64,000 nucleotides of DNA from Macrostomum lignano (lineage: Eukaryota), in the NCBI GenBank assembly GCA_002269645.1, contig NIVC01002110.1, forward strand, positions 1-64,000, read 5' to 3'. Each line of letters begins with the position of its first letter. Position 1 is the first letter of the stretch. A program made the position numbers and the translations under genes. Below the pieces are notes generated by a model. It was not told where the DNA came from and did no database searches. It saw only the letters and a program-made list of their open reading frames with translations. Shown here in pieces: positions 44,520 to 58,339 of this stretch.

Positions 44520-44710
44520 AGGGAAAGTGGGCAGAGAGGGAGACAGGGGAGGCAGAGAGGGAGACAGGGGAGGCAGAGAGGGAGACAGGGGTGGCTGAGA
44601 GGGAGACAGGGGTGGCTGAGAGGGAGACAGGGGAGGCTGAGAGGGAGACAGGGGAGGCTGAGAGGGAGACAGGGGTGGCTGAGAGGGGGACAGGGGAGGC
44701 TGAGTTGGAG
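44520..44710. repeat. 21-bp minisatellite
   Basis: gagagggagacagggg(a/t)ggc(a/t). Confidence 0.92.
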
Positions 44711-46346
44711 AGAGAAGCGAGTTATAGGTAAGGGCTTAGAGTGGATTGCAGGCTTAAGCAACCAGCTGCAGGGCTTATTAACCAGTTTATTCAAGCTATT
44801 AAGCTTATTAGACCATTCTGCAGGTATACTATATCAGGCTCCAGGCATTCCAGCCAGATTTTAGATTTGTAACAAAATACCTTCGCTCTAATACATTTTA
44901 GCTCCCACGAGTGTTTCATGTAGTTTTGTTTAAATTAGCTGCAACAAGTAACTGAAGTTTGTAACCCACAACTTTAAATGTTCTTGATGCGTTAATGATT
45001 TTTATTATGCTATTGTAAGAACCATGTTATGAATTATTGATTTATGTATGTTTCTATAAATCTGTTATTTAAACCAGGTCTGTATTTTTGCGTCAATTCA
45101 AATTAACTTAAAGAGACTGTTAATTAGGCTTTTAGCAGAATAAACCTTCTATTAGATGTTGTATTGTAGGCTGTATACAGTCATGCGTCGATTGTGGAAT
45201 TTAATTTGGTGCGAAAATTAATAATCAAGCAGATAAACAAATGGTGACTTTTATATAGTTGTTTTTGGCAATAAACTTTTTCCTAAAAAATGATCTGTTT
45301 ATATGATATGGTTTCCTAGAATAGGACTGAACGAAGGTTTTCTAGAAAAAGATCGGCTTGAATGATAATTTCATAGAAGAATATCCGTTTAAATGAATAT
45401 TTCCTACTAGAATTACAATGTTTACAATGTTTCCAATGTTTCCAATGTTACAATGTTCAGTTTACAAAATCAGTTTACAATGTTTCCTAGAATAGGATTA
45501 GTTTAAATGATGGATAGTTTTCTACAAGAAAAATGCTATTTTAAAGTAAAAGATTTTCTAAAATTGGGATCAGTTAGAATGAATATTTTCTTTAAAATTC
45601 TTTAAAGACGCTACCAATTAAGTATTTTTCACACGACAAGTACGCTCGTATCTATTTCATATTTGTACGTCTAAATTTTAATGCAGCACATATTTTTTAA
45701 ACTCTTTGTAGCAATCCACAATGCACTTTAACCTAATTTGTGTACACATGTATTTATCTGCCTAAAGTTCTCGTTATATGAATCCCAATTTACTGTCGTC
45801 AATAATAGAAACTGTACGCAGTTAAGGTGTTCGCAAAAAATCATTCAAACTATTTTAGAATATTCAATATAGCTTTGTGAACTGTTTATTGTTCAATGTA
45901 AACCTTTGAATGTAATGAGTAAAAATATATGGTTAAATAAACGTGTTGTGGGTCCATTTGGCGTATAAATTTTGAAAAGAATTTAAAGATAATAAATTTT
46001 ATGGAAAAGAAAAGCTGAAGATATATAAATATAGACTAGAATGTTACCACTATACATGTAGGACTAGAATATAAAAAATGTTTTTTAAAAAGCTTTGCAA
46101 ACTTGTCAGTACAAGATCGACTTAATTAAGAATCAAATAAAAGGGACGGAATTCTTTGTTTCCAATCAAATATTTGAAGGCTGGCTTTAGGTTAGTGAGG
46201 CGATTAGAAATGGAACCAAAAACAAAATAATGCAGTCATTAAAGATTCTAAGGAGTTTTGTCTTAAATGAAGCAATAAAACAGGCAATTCAAAATAAAAT
46301 TCGACCAGAAGCCAGCCTTCAAAGATATTCTAAGCAAATTTGCAAA

Positions 46347-47913
46347 TTAAAACAAACTGCCGCTTAAAATTTGCATCGAATCGCGATTCATCCAGCTGAG
46401 CCCGCGACTGACTGCCGGCTCGGGGCTGCCGTTTCCGTTGGCGCCGTCTTTATTATTCGTCGGTGACGCGCCGGCGCCACTGCCCGATAGGAAGAAGCGC
46501 GCTCGAGCCGTCTCCAATTCGGCGCCGTCCAGAGCGCCGCCGCCACAAATCGATGCGGCTCGCCAAATCGCGTCAGCTGCCGGATCGTCGGGCAGTGGCG
46601 GCTTGCCGCCAGCCGCCAAATTTTCCGACAGTTCGTCCGCTAATCGGCGACGGAATTCAGATCGATAATCTGGCGCGCTGTTAATAAGCAGTTCGGCCGC
46701 CTGCGGATTCGAACTCTCGTCCGCTGTTGAGCTGCAGAACTCGTCTGGTCGAAGGAAGATCCGGCGAAGAAAGTGCAGCGCGTGCCACAGTCGGTTGCCG
46801 TGCGGTTGCCAGCCGCCGCCGCGGAAGCCACGAGCGATGTCCACGTGACCGCTGCTGGGGTCAACTAGTGGGTGGAACACGTAGGGCGGGGCCAGGTACA
46901 CCTGCGGGTGCAGGGGATGCCTTGGTGTCAGGGGCCTGCAGTAGGCTGTGTCTCCGGACCGCCCCTGCGGCACCAGACTATGCATGTATTTATTCGAAAG
47001 TCAAGCGAAGGTGATATTTTGAGAATTTAGCTAGTAGTGCTAAAAACACTGAAAACTGAAGGCTGTCTTGCTAATGCAGTTTGGAGAGAGTTAAAACCGG
47101 CCTCTAAGTGAAAGCACGTCCTTCTGCTCGTACATGTCGTTGACGTCTTCATTGACGATGCCTGTAGCTACCAACAAATTGTAGAGGTATCTACATGTAA
47201 ATACCTTCCATCGTACTAAAAGAAACTCAACAAGACTTTATTACGTCTACATAAAAACATCCCGCTGCAGAACCTCTCCCTACATGCAGTAGCTTTGGCC
47301 ATTGGCCTCACCTCTAATGAAATGGCCTCATCTCAAATGAAATGGCTTCACCTCAAATGAAATGGCGTCACGTCAAATAAAATAGCGCGTCGCCTTAAAT
47401 CAAATGCAATGAGCATCAAATAAAAAACGACCCCCAATGAAAATTCCTGGCTGCAACCCTTGCTAAATTGGAACATACTTTTTCAGTTTACTATTTTACA
47501 GCTAACCATCTTTCCATCTAACCTACTCTCAGTAGTATTTATTGAGCACAAATAAAGTTGCGCACCTCAGGACAAGCGCTGTCAGGAAATCCTTTGGAAA
47601 TGTGCAATGTGAACCGAATAATATAACCCTGGTATGGGCCGCTGCGAACAAACAGCAGGCCGAACCAGGTGTAGGGCGACAGGCTAGACGGCAGCGGGTA
47701 CATTCCAGCAACCGGGTTCTGCATAGCCGCTATGTACTCGCGACGAAGTGCATATGCTTGACTGATTGAATTGCAGATTGAAGTATGACCGGGTGCTTTT
47801 ACTGGGCTTTGCCGCTGCTCCTCTGACAGTTGGTGTTGATGTTCTGGGTCATTTTGTTTAATTGAATTCCGTCTATTTGTAGCTTGTTGAATTTCCTCGG
47901 ATAGTGTGGTCAT
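46347..47913 (-). CDS. AKTIP: AKT-interacting protein / FTS (UEV, catalytically inactive E2 fold); exons 47913-47566 and 46901-46347
   Basis: YALRREY...GMYPLPS...WFGLLFVRSGPYQGYIIRFTLHI...FP...VFHPLVDPSSGHVDI (no catalytic Cys)...WHALHFLRRIF...NPQAAEL. Confidence 0.88.
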
Positions 47914-50018
47914 GTTTTTTTCACCAGATACCCAGCCTGTAAAAATAAATTAACCAATGGCATTTTTTCACAATATAGAATTAAACATGCGCCTACAACT
48001 GCATTACATGGGAAATTTTTACTCAGAAAATTTTGTAGCCTATAATTAAGTATAAAATAAAATAACTTTTAAAAAATTTTATGATATAAACACGATATTC
48101 GATGCATGTACCAATGTACATTCTATCCTATTACATGCTAAACTAGAATTTTTATCATTGCAAATAAAGCCGAGCGTCCCGTTTAGGATAAATCAGTTAA
48201 TCAAAGTATTGTGTTGGTAAAAAAAACAATTAAAAATTAAAACCTTTGATAGAAGCATTTTTCTAAGATAACTGATTCTTTGACTTTTTTTCTGACTGTC
48301 TTGAAAAAGCTACAGCTAACTCTGGCAGAAACAAATCATGCACTCACGACACGAGGTACAAAGACGAAAGCAAAGTTTAATATATAATCTAGGAATTTAA
48401 TTTATCTACTAACTAAATATACTACTCGCAAATTTTTTATCATTCCAACTCCACCTCCAGTAGGTAAAAATAACTAAAATTTACAAAATACAAGGCAAAA
48501 TAAGCCGTCCCACTAACTTTGGGTGGATCAACCAACCAGAAAAGCAGAAACTACACAAGCAAATAAATCCACAAGCCTAGTTAAGTAGATAAAATGAATA
48601 TTTTGGTAACAAGTGAAGAATAACCAACTAAGTTAAAACGTGGCTGCAGGAGTTACACTTGAGATATGAATGTTGCTCTGCATGAATTTCGTTGAATAGT
48701 GGCAAGACAAAAATTCGCACGATAATTATGTAGTTACAAACCTTACAATGGTTTAAACTATATGTTTTATCGACGTTTACTACTTAAAAATATATCTAAA
48801 ACAAAATATTAGCATATCAAGGGCTTTATATCCTTCTAAAGAAAATGTTTGTTAAAACGTAAGGTATTTTTACATTTCAAAGCAGTCTTTAAACATTTTA
48901 AAAGTTGAATGTAATTTAAAAAATCGTCTTTTTCTTGCTTTACTCTGCGAAGAGCTTTATATTTAAAAAAATGTTTTTATTATATCTTTGTTTTCTTACT
49001 TTTTGTTTATAATGTTGTAGAGTCATCGTTAAATTTCAACTAACAACTTTCAAGGAATGAGTGCTTAACGTTTGTGTTTGCGGTTACGTTTATTACAATT
49101 GTTTTTAATGAAAATGAAAAGTGAAAGTGCTTCGCATTTAGACATTTTAATTTCTTTTCCCCACCGGGGTCATTCGCAATTCCAGAATTCTTGCTGTGTT
49201 ACTGAACCCGAAGGTATCCAATCTAAAGAACAAGTAAATGAATTTAGTGATGTCACTCTTTTTGCTCTCCATATATGATATGAGCAAGACTTTCAGATAG
49301 ACCTAACTTTGGCGTAATTTTTTCCAAATCTTGATTTAAAGTGCAAAGTTTCTTGTCAGTCTTATCCATATACTAAAAATGAAAATCATATCTAATTTTC
49401 AGACTTTCAATTTTTTCTTATTTCAGCTAGCAGGCAAAATTCAGTAAATCAAAGTAGGCCACTAAACCTGGCTATCTAACATATAACTGCACCAATATTA
49501 TTGTTTACAAGTAAATTAATAGAAGATAGTTTACTTAGCAGCTGAAAATTATCTTAGATAAATTTAATTTTTATATATTTTACTTATAATTTAGTTTTTG
49601 TTAGAGTATCTCAATGTAAAACATAAATAAGTTTATTATCTTATTATTATGAGTATTTTAGTTGTTTAATAAGTTATTTAAAGCACTTGATAATAAGCAT
49701 AAGATTCATTGGTTACCTAAAACTTGCCATAAAAACTATGTTTTTCATTAGGAAAAATAATATTTGACCAAAATTTCCTTTGGCTTTGGTATTAAAATAT
49801 TGCAACTTTGGCTTACTTTTTTTGGCATTTACAATTTAATAATTTAAAGGACAACAATTGATTTAATACAATAAATCAAATTAAACAACAAGGTCTTCTT
49901 ACTTATTAATAACACTTTTTTGAATTTGCCATACATTGCACTGCCTAATTAATAGTATAATAAAATTTGACAGTTTAAATGAGACTATACTAGTATATTT
50001 GTTTAACTTCTTACCAAA

Positions 50019-53000
50019 ATGACCCCAGTTGACGTTAATATCTCTAAACTGCCAACCCCTTCAGCCATCTTTAAATTAACAATGCCATCAGTTGGTGCCA
50101 CTAGCATCACAAATGCTGCAGCTGCTGCAGCCAACCAAGACCCTGACCTGCAGCGCCTGCTGGCCAAAGTTGAACGAATTGGAGCCACCACGAGACGTCT
50201 GGACTCAGTTAGTAATAGCAGCGTTGCTATTGGCAACGGGTCAAATTCTGCATCTGCTGGACTCGAGCCTGTGCTGGCGGACGCTTGCAGTCTGTCCGAA
50301 ATGATCCGCTGCACTTCGGAACTGGCCGACCGCGTCAGCAGTAAAGTTCGACAGCTCGACTGCGCCAAGAGTCGAGTCACAGCTGGCCTGCAGCGTGTTG
50401 AGGACATCATCGATTTGAAGGCCTGCACTGATGGAGTTCAGAAGGCCCTGCAAGATGAGGATTACGAGATTGCTGCGGCGCATATTCACAGGTTTGTTAG
50501 TGCTGCCATTCCCGATTTCCCAGCCAAAAATCCAAATCCCAAATCCTCACAATCCAAATCCTTACAATCCACATCCCAAATCCTTACAATCCAAATGCCA
50601 AATCCTTACAATCCAGATCCCAAATCCTTACAATCCAGATCCCAAATCCTACAATCCAGATCCCAAATCCTACAATCCAGATCCCAAATCCTACAATCCA
50701 GATCCCAACTCCTACGATCCAGATCCCAAATTCTACAATCCCAATTTCAAATCCTACAATTTAGAACCCTAATCCTAAATTCCAGGTTCCAAATCCTACA
50801 GTTGATTAAATATCTATAATTTTAAAATCCCAATCTCAAATCTAAGAAGCCGAATCTCAGCTCCTAGAATCCCAATCTCGAATACTATGATCCCAATCTC
50901 GAATCCTAGAATCCCAATTTCGAATCATAGGATCCCAATCTCAAATCCTAGAATTCCAATCTCAGCTCCTAGAATCCAAATCTTAAATCCTAGGATCTCA
51001 ATCTTAAATCTTAGAATCGTAATCTCAAATCCTAGAATCTCAACCTCAAATCCTGGAATCCCAATCTTGAGTCCTAGGATCCCAATCTTGAGTCCTAGGA
51101 TCCCAATCTTGAGTCCTAGGATCCGAATCTCAAATCCTAGAATCCCAATCTCAGATCCTAGGATCCCAATCTTGAGTCCTAGAATCCCAGCAATGTCAAA
51201 CGCTACCCGAACCCGAATTGGTACTCAAACCCCGCTAACTGCAGATACCTGACCCTGGACGAAACCGTGATGCGCATGACGGCTGACGCAAGCGAAGGCA
51301 GCACCCTGGAGGCCAGCTTCGAAGTTCTACACAAATCCGAGGCCGTATTAAAAGACATTGTCCATAAACAGTTCGATTTAGCCGTACAACGCCAAGATCG
51401 AGCTTCTATAGAGAGATTTTTCAAGATTTTCCCCCTATTAAATTTGCACCAAGCGGGCTTGGAGAAACTGGGCGGTTATCTCGGCGGCTGTCTCAGGGAG
51501 CAGTGCGAGAAGGCCCGCATCGCAGCGTCCTCAGCTGCTGGTCAAGACGGCGGCGCCTGGGCAGCCCAGCAGCTGCTGCAGCTGTACGAAGCTGTGGCAG
51601 CCAGCGTTGAAGTGCACCAGCCGCTTGTGGAGACTTTCTATGGACCCGGTCACCTGTTCGGTCTGCTGCAGGTTCGCCTCTTTCAGTGTGCCTTTCCTGG
51701 GGACATGTTCCTGTTCTTAGACACATGTTCCTGTTCTTGAGACACATTTCCTGTTTCTGAAACACATGTTCCTGTTCTTTGAGACACATTTCTCGTTCTT
51801 TGAGACACATTTCCTGTTCTTTGAGACACATTTCCCGTTCTTTGAGACACATTCCCCGTTCTTTGAGACACATTTCCTGTTTTTGAGACAAATTTCCTGT
51901 TTCTGAGACACATTTCTCGTTCTTTGAGACATTTCCTGTTCTTTGAGACACATGTTGCTGTTTTTGAGACACATTTCCTGTTCTTTGAGACACATTTCCT
52001 GTTCTTTGAGACACATTTCCTGTTCTTTGAGACACATTTCCTGTTCTTTGAGACACATTTCCTGTTCTTTGAGACACATTTCTAGCTCTTTGAGACACAT
52101 TTCCTGTTCTTTGAAACACATTTCCCGTTCTTTGAGACACATTTCCTATTCTTTGAGACACATTTCCCGTTCTTTGAGACACATTTCCCGTTCTTTGAGA
52201 CACATGTTCCTGTTCTTTGAGACACATTTCCTGTTCTTTGAGACACATGTTACTGTTCTTTGAGACACATGTTACTGTTCTTTGAGACACATTTCCTATT
52301 CTTTGAGGTTGAGACACATTTCTTGTTCTTTGAGACACATTTCCTGTTCTTTGAGACACATTTCCTGTCCACTCAAGACTTTTTTACATTTAGAAATTTT
52401 TCTGTCTGTTAAGACATTCTCCAATTAATAAATATATTTTGTCGCACTCTAGGTCAGGCAATTATAAATCTATGATCCTATTTTACTTGTAAACCCTAAT
52501 CCCGTCTGATCGCCCAATCAGGTGCTGCAAAATGAAGTAGACGCGCAAGCAAAGCGCATTGTGGATCGATTTCGCAGTCTGCGCGATCTGGACTCGCGCG
52601 TCCGTTTAGCGCGCACATCGGCCACTCGTCATCAGCAGTCGCAGCAGCAGTACGGCCCGGGTAGCCAGGCTCAGATGATGTACCAGCAGCAGCAGCAACA
52701 GGTGAGTTAGTGACCACCTAGGGGGTTTTTGACACCCAATTAAGCATTGTGTTTATGGGGGTTGTAGATGTTGATACCCAATTAGGCATTGTGTTTATGG
52801 GGGTTGTACATGTACTCGTAGATACCCAATTAGGCATTGTGTTTATGGGGGTTGTACATGTAGATACCCCCAGTTAGGCATTGTGTTTATAGGGGTTGTA
52901 CATGTAGATACCCAATTAGGTATTGTGTTTATGAGGGTTGTACATGTAGATACCCAATTAGGCATCGTGTTTATAGGGGTTGTACATGCAGATACCCAAT

Positions 53001-56000
53001 TAGGCATCGTGTTTATAGGGGTTGTACATGTAGATACCCAATTAGGCATTGTGTTTATGGGGGTTGTACATGTAGATACCCAATTAGGTATCGTGTTTAT
53101 GGGGGTTGTACATGTAGATACCCAATTAGGCATCGTGTTTATGGGGGTTGTACATGTAGATACCCAATTAGGTATCGTGTTTATGGGGGTTGTACATGTA
53201 GATACCCAATTAGGTATCGTGTTTATGGGGGTTGTACATGTAGATACCCAATTAGGCATCGTGTTTATGGGGGTTGTACATGTAGATACCCAATTAGGTA
53301 TCGTGTTTATGGGGGTTGTACATGTAGATACCCAATTAGGCATCGTGTTTATGGGGGTTGTACATGTAGATACCCAGTTAGGTATTGTGTTTATGGGGGT
53401 TGTACATGTAGATACCCAGTTAGATATTGTGTTTATGGGGGTTGGTTGTACAGGTAGATACCCAATTAGGCATTGTGTTTGAGGGTTGTACATGTAGATA
53501 CCCAATTAGGCATCGTGTTTATAGGGGTTGTACATGTAGATACCCAATTAGGCATCGTGTTTATAGGCGTTGTACATGTAGATACCCAATTAGGCATCGT
53601 GTTTATAGGGGTTGTACATGTAGATACCCAGTTAGGCATCGTGTTTATAGAGGCTGTGGGTACCAAAAAAATGTAAAGACTTATGCATTTATATATCATT
53701 TAAGTTCCCGCTTTTAGATTACGAGTATTAAAGCTTATGAAAACTTCATCAACACCTAATTAGTTAATTAAAACTTTACACACACTGTGCAGAGCCAGCA
53801 GCTGGACGCCAAGCAACTAGATGCCGTACTATCCGAGCTGGCCGTGCTGAGTTCCCGAACCGAACTCTACCTGAGATTTGTTTCTCGCAGGTGCTTAACA
53901 GATTGGGCAGCTGCCGATAGCAAAGGAGGCGGCGGTGGAGGCGGTGCGGCCTCGGGAGCAGCTGACTCGGAGAGCGAATCCGTAGAACAGAGAAGGCAAC
54001 GAAAATTAGATGACTTTCTAGGAAAGTGTGCCGTGACCAGGTGTATTCAGGTGAGAATGCGGTCGTCATTATTTTGTTTTTTGGCTTTTTTATTGGTGTA
54101 AAAGGCTTTTTTTACTGTGACTGATAATCTTGGATTATCCAGACAATGGGATGAGTCAGATGGATAACCCGAAAGTCAGATGGATAATCCTGACCGTCAG
54201 ATGGATAATCCTGACAGTCAGATGGATAATCCTGACAGTCAGATGGATAATCCCGAAAGTCAGATAGATAATCCTGACAGTCAGATGGATAATCCTGACA
54301 GTCAGATAGATAATCCTGACAGTCAGGTAGATAATCCCGACAGTCAGATGGATAATCCTGACAGTCAGATAGATAATCCTGACAGTCAGGTAGATAATCC
54401 CGACAGTCAGATAGATAATCCTGACAGTCAGATGGATAATCCTGACAGTCAGATGGATAATCCCGACAGTCAGATAGATAATCCCGACAGTCAGATGGAT
54501 AATCCCGGCAGTCAGATAGATAATCCCGACAGTCAGATGGATAATCCTGACAGTCAGATGGATAATCCTGACAGTCAGATAGATAATCCCGAAAGTCAGA
54601 TAGATAATCCCGACAGTCAAGTGGATAATCCCGACAGTCAGGTAGATAATCCCGACAGTCAGGTAGATAATCCCGACAGTCAGATAGATAATCCCGATAG
54701 TCAGATAGATAATCTCGACAGTCAGATAGATAATCCCGACAGTCAGATGGATAATTCCGACAGTCAGATAGATAATCCCGACAGTCAGATGGATAATCCT
54801 GACAGTCAGATGGATAATCTCGACAGTCAGATAGATAATCCCGACAGTCAGATGGATAATCCCGACAGTCAGATAGATAATCCCGACAGTCAGATGGATA
54901 ATCCTGACAGTCAGATGGATAATCCTGACAGTCAGATAGATAATCCCGAAAGTCAGATAGATAATCCCGACAGTCAGATGGATAATCCCGACAGTCAGAT
55001 AGATAATCCCGATAGTCAGATGGATAATCCCGAAAGTCAGATGGATAATCCCGACAGTCAAGTGGATAATCCCGGTCCCGACAGTCAGGTAGATAATCCC
55101 GACAGTCAAGTGGATAATCCCGACAGTCAGGTAGATAATCCCGACAGTCAGGTGGATAATCCTGACAGTCAGATAGATAATCCCGAAAGTCAGATAGATA
55201 ATCCCGATAGTCAGATGGATAATCCTGACAGTCAGATGGATAATCCCGATAGTCAGATAGATAATCCTGACAGTCAGATGGATAATCCCGATAGTCAGAT
55301 AGATAATCCTGATAGTCAGATGGATAATCCTGACAGTCAGATAGATAATCCCGATTGTCAGATAGATAATCCTGACAGTCAGATGGATAATCCCGACAGT
55401 CAGATGGATAATCTAAGTAATATATAAGCAAGCCAACTGCAGATCCGTTAATCCCCCATCTCCGCAGAAACTGGTGGACGAGTACTGCTTATTAGAAGAG
55501 CACTTTATGCGCGAGATGCTTGCCAAAGCGGTGGCCTTGGACAGCGGCGTCGGCGGCTCGGATCCCACCGACACCCGCCTCGCTGACGATGCGTTCTTCA
55601 TCTTGAAGAAGTGCCTTCGCCGAGCCGTTTCAACTGGCAGCGCTGACGCCACCTGCGCCGCGTTGAACCGGGCAGCAGACGTGGCCGAAGCTCAACTGAT
55701 TGGCGCGCTTCGATCCCGTCTAGGCCGCGGATTTCCCTCCGGCTGGGTGCAGGACGCCTTCGGCTCCAAGGCCAGCGTTGAGGAGGCCCGGCAGGCCTAT
55801 CTGGCGGCGCTCAACTGCGCCGAGGCGTGTCGCGGCAATCTGCGGGACCTCAGACGCCTGCTGGAATCCGACACCACTACTGGAGCTGGGCGGCGGGACC
55901 GCGAGAAGCTGCTGAGCTGCCTGCAGGCGATGGACGCTGGGCTGGGCGAAGCTCTGGCCGCCATTGTGAACGAGGGTGTCGAATGTCTGACAGAGATCTC

Positions 56001-56731
56001 GCTGCGGCCGCAGGTGGGTTTGTTGGAATGATGCTGGAATTCTAGGGGCTGGAATGATGCTGGAATTCTAGGGGCTGGAATGATGCTGGAACTCAGGCTG
56101 GAATGATGCTGGAATGATGCTGCAATCCAGGCTGGAATGATGCTGCAATCCAGGCTGGAATGATGCTGGAATGTTGAAATCCTAACTCGTCAGCCAAAGC
56201 ATCACCCCAAACAATCTGTCGATCCCTTGCGCTCAGGTGAAGCAAATCCTGGCCCCTCTGTCCAACGTGAGTCACGTGATCACAGAAGAGGAGCTCCTGG
56301 CCTACGAGGCCAGCGACCCCTGGGTGGAGGCGGCCTGCCTTCGCATTGGCCAACTGGCTGACGGATTCCAGCGCCTGTTGCTGCCGCCGCTGTTCGACAC
56401 CCTGCTGCAGTCTCTGGCTGGCGAGCTGGTGCTCAGAGCCGAGAAGCTGATTGCTAGGAAACAGTTCAACAGGCTAGGGGGACTGCAGCTGGACCGGGAG
56501 GTCCGCTCTCTGGCCGCCTGCCTCAGCGCCAGGGCCGCTTGGAGTGTCCGAGATAAACTGGCCAGACTGAGCCAGACCGCCATGCTGCTGGGTCTGGAGA
56601 GCCTGGACGAGCTGACCGCCTGCTGGTCCGACTCTGTCATGGCCTGGCGGCTCACCCCGGCCGAGGTGCGGCACATGCTGGCGCTGAGGGTGGACTTCCG
56701 GCAGGATGATGTGCGGAGACTGCGGTTGTAG
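50019..56731 (+). CDS. COG4: Conserved oligomeric Golgi complex subunit 4; exons 50019-50491, 51245-51671, 52522-52701, 53793-54050, 55468-56013, 56237-56731
   Basis: LDCAKSRV...VEDIIDLKACTDGVQKAL...AAAHIHRY; ERFFKIFPLL; EEHFMRE...KAVALD; DDAFFILKKCLRRA; FNRLGGLQLDREVR; RDKLARLSQ; WRLTPAEVR. Junction phases are consistent. Confidence 0.95.
50520..51190. repeat. Two adjacent 21-bp AATCCC-type minisatellites (COG4 intron 1)
   Basis: aatccagatcccaaatcctac then aatcccaatctcgaatcctag. Confidence 0.9.
51700..52370. repeat. 21-bp minisatellite (COG4 intron 2)
   Basis: tttgagacacatttcctgttc. Confidence 0.95.
52730..53650. repeat. 42-bp minisatellite (COG4 intron 3)
   Basis: gatacccaattaggcatcgtgtttatgggggttgtacatgta. 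Confidence 0.95.
54115..55410. repeat. 21-bp minisatellite, about 60 copies (COG4 intron 4)
   Basis: gataatcc(c/t)gacagtcagat(g/a). Confidence 0.96.
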
Positions 56732-56739
56732 GGTGAGTA

Positions 56740-57550
56740 GTGTCAGTTGCTGAGGTGCCAGCCTCCTAGAGTGTCAGTTGCTGGACCAGCCTCCCAGATC
56801 TTCAGTTGCTGGACCAGCCTCCCAGATCCTCAGTTGCTGGACCAGCCTCCCAGATCCTCAGTTGCTGGACCAGCCTCCCAGATCCTCAGTTGCTGGACCA
56901 GCCTCCCAGATCCTCAGTTGCTGGACCAGCCTCCCAGATCCTCAGTTGCTGGGCCAGCCTCCCAGATCCTCAGTTGCTGAGGTGCCAGCCTCCCAGATCC
57001 TCAGTTGCTGAGGTGCCAGCCTCCCAGATCCTCAGTTGCTGGGCCAGCCTCCCAGATCCTCAGTTGCTATGCCACCAGCCTCCCAGATCCTCAATTGCTG
57101 GGCCAGCCTCCCAGATCCTCAGTTGCTGGGCCAGCCTCCCAGATCCTCAGTTGCTATGCCACCAGCCTCCCAGATCCTCAGTTGCTGGGCCAGCCTCCCA
57201 GATCCTCAGTTGCTATGCCACCAGCCTCCCAGATCCTCAGTTGCTGGGCCAGCCTCCCAGATCCTCAGTTGCTATGCCACCAGCCTCCCAGATCCTCAGT
57301 TGCTGGGCCAGCCTCCAAGATCCTCAGTTGCTATGCCACCAGCCTCCCAGATCCTCAGTTGCTGGGCCAGCCTCCCAGATCCTCAGTTGCTATGCCACCA
57401 GCCTCCCAGATCCTCAGTTGCTGGGCCAGCCTCCCAGATCCTCAGTTGCTATGCCACCAGCCTCCCAGATCCTCAGTTGCTGGGCCAGCCTCCCAGATCC
57501 TCAGTTGCTATGCCACCAGCCTCCCAGATCCTCAGTTGCTGGGCCAGCCC
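56740..57550. repeat. 28-bp monomer changing into a 59-bp dimer, just after the COG4 stop
   Basis: cagcctcccagatcctcagttgct(gggc/atgccac). Confidence 0.95.
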
Positions 57551-58339
57551 CTGCTAAATTGGGCCAGCTAAATTTCAGTTCGAGTTCAAGTAATAAAAAC
57601 TATCTTTTTTATGCATTTTTATATTCACGCGATAGACTACTGATGACTACTTAGATAAGTATGATAGTTCGTGTTTAAAATGAATGCTTTATTAATAACT
57701 GCTATAGCAAGTGGGTTTTCGTTAGAAAAGACACTAGAAAACACATCAGTTTTTTGTTCATTGATAGAAAGCAGTCGCTCTGCTTAAAGTACATAAGTTG
57801 ACGATTTTTATTGTGTCATATTTGTTCCATACTGGTTGGATTTTAATTTTTTGTTTGCTGTTTTTTCCTTGTAAAATTTTGCGGTGAATGTTAAATACAC
57901 TTGGCCTGGGTTATGATAGACAATACCTTTTGTCTAACATTGGACTAGAAATTTAATTAATATTAATTGACATATTTCGTGTCCTGTTATATAAACTTGC
58001 TCATCTGTCTTGTGAATTGTTTCCATTGTTGACTGTGATTATGCAACCAGTTAATTAGGCCCAAGGAAATGCATACCAATGCTTTAATTAACAGCAATAG
58101 CCGAGCTGTTTATGATAATTAGCATCGGTCGTACCGTACGAATTATTAATTATATTATTGAAATTATTGCACCCAAAACTTCTTTGACGTAGGCGGTTGT
58201 CATTTTTCCTGTGTCTCTTCGTGCTGCTTTCAGTTTTCTGCTCCTAATTTGGACCGGCCGAGTTTTTCTTCATTTTTGTTTTGTCCTCTCTGAACCGTGA
58301 CGGCTCCAGTTGCATGCATGGGGGACTTTATGAAAGCTT

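Noticed and set aside
54112-55431. DNPDSQ / DYPSDCR repeat proteins of more than 400 aa
   Set aside because: 21-bp array bounded by COG4 donor (54051) and acceptor (55467).
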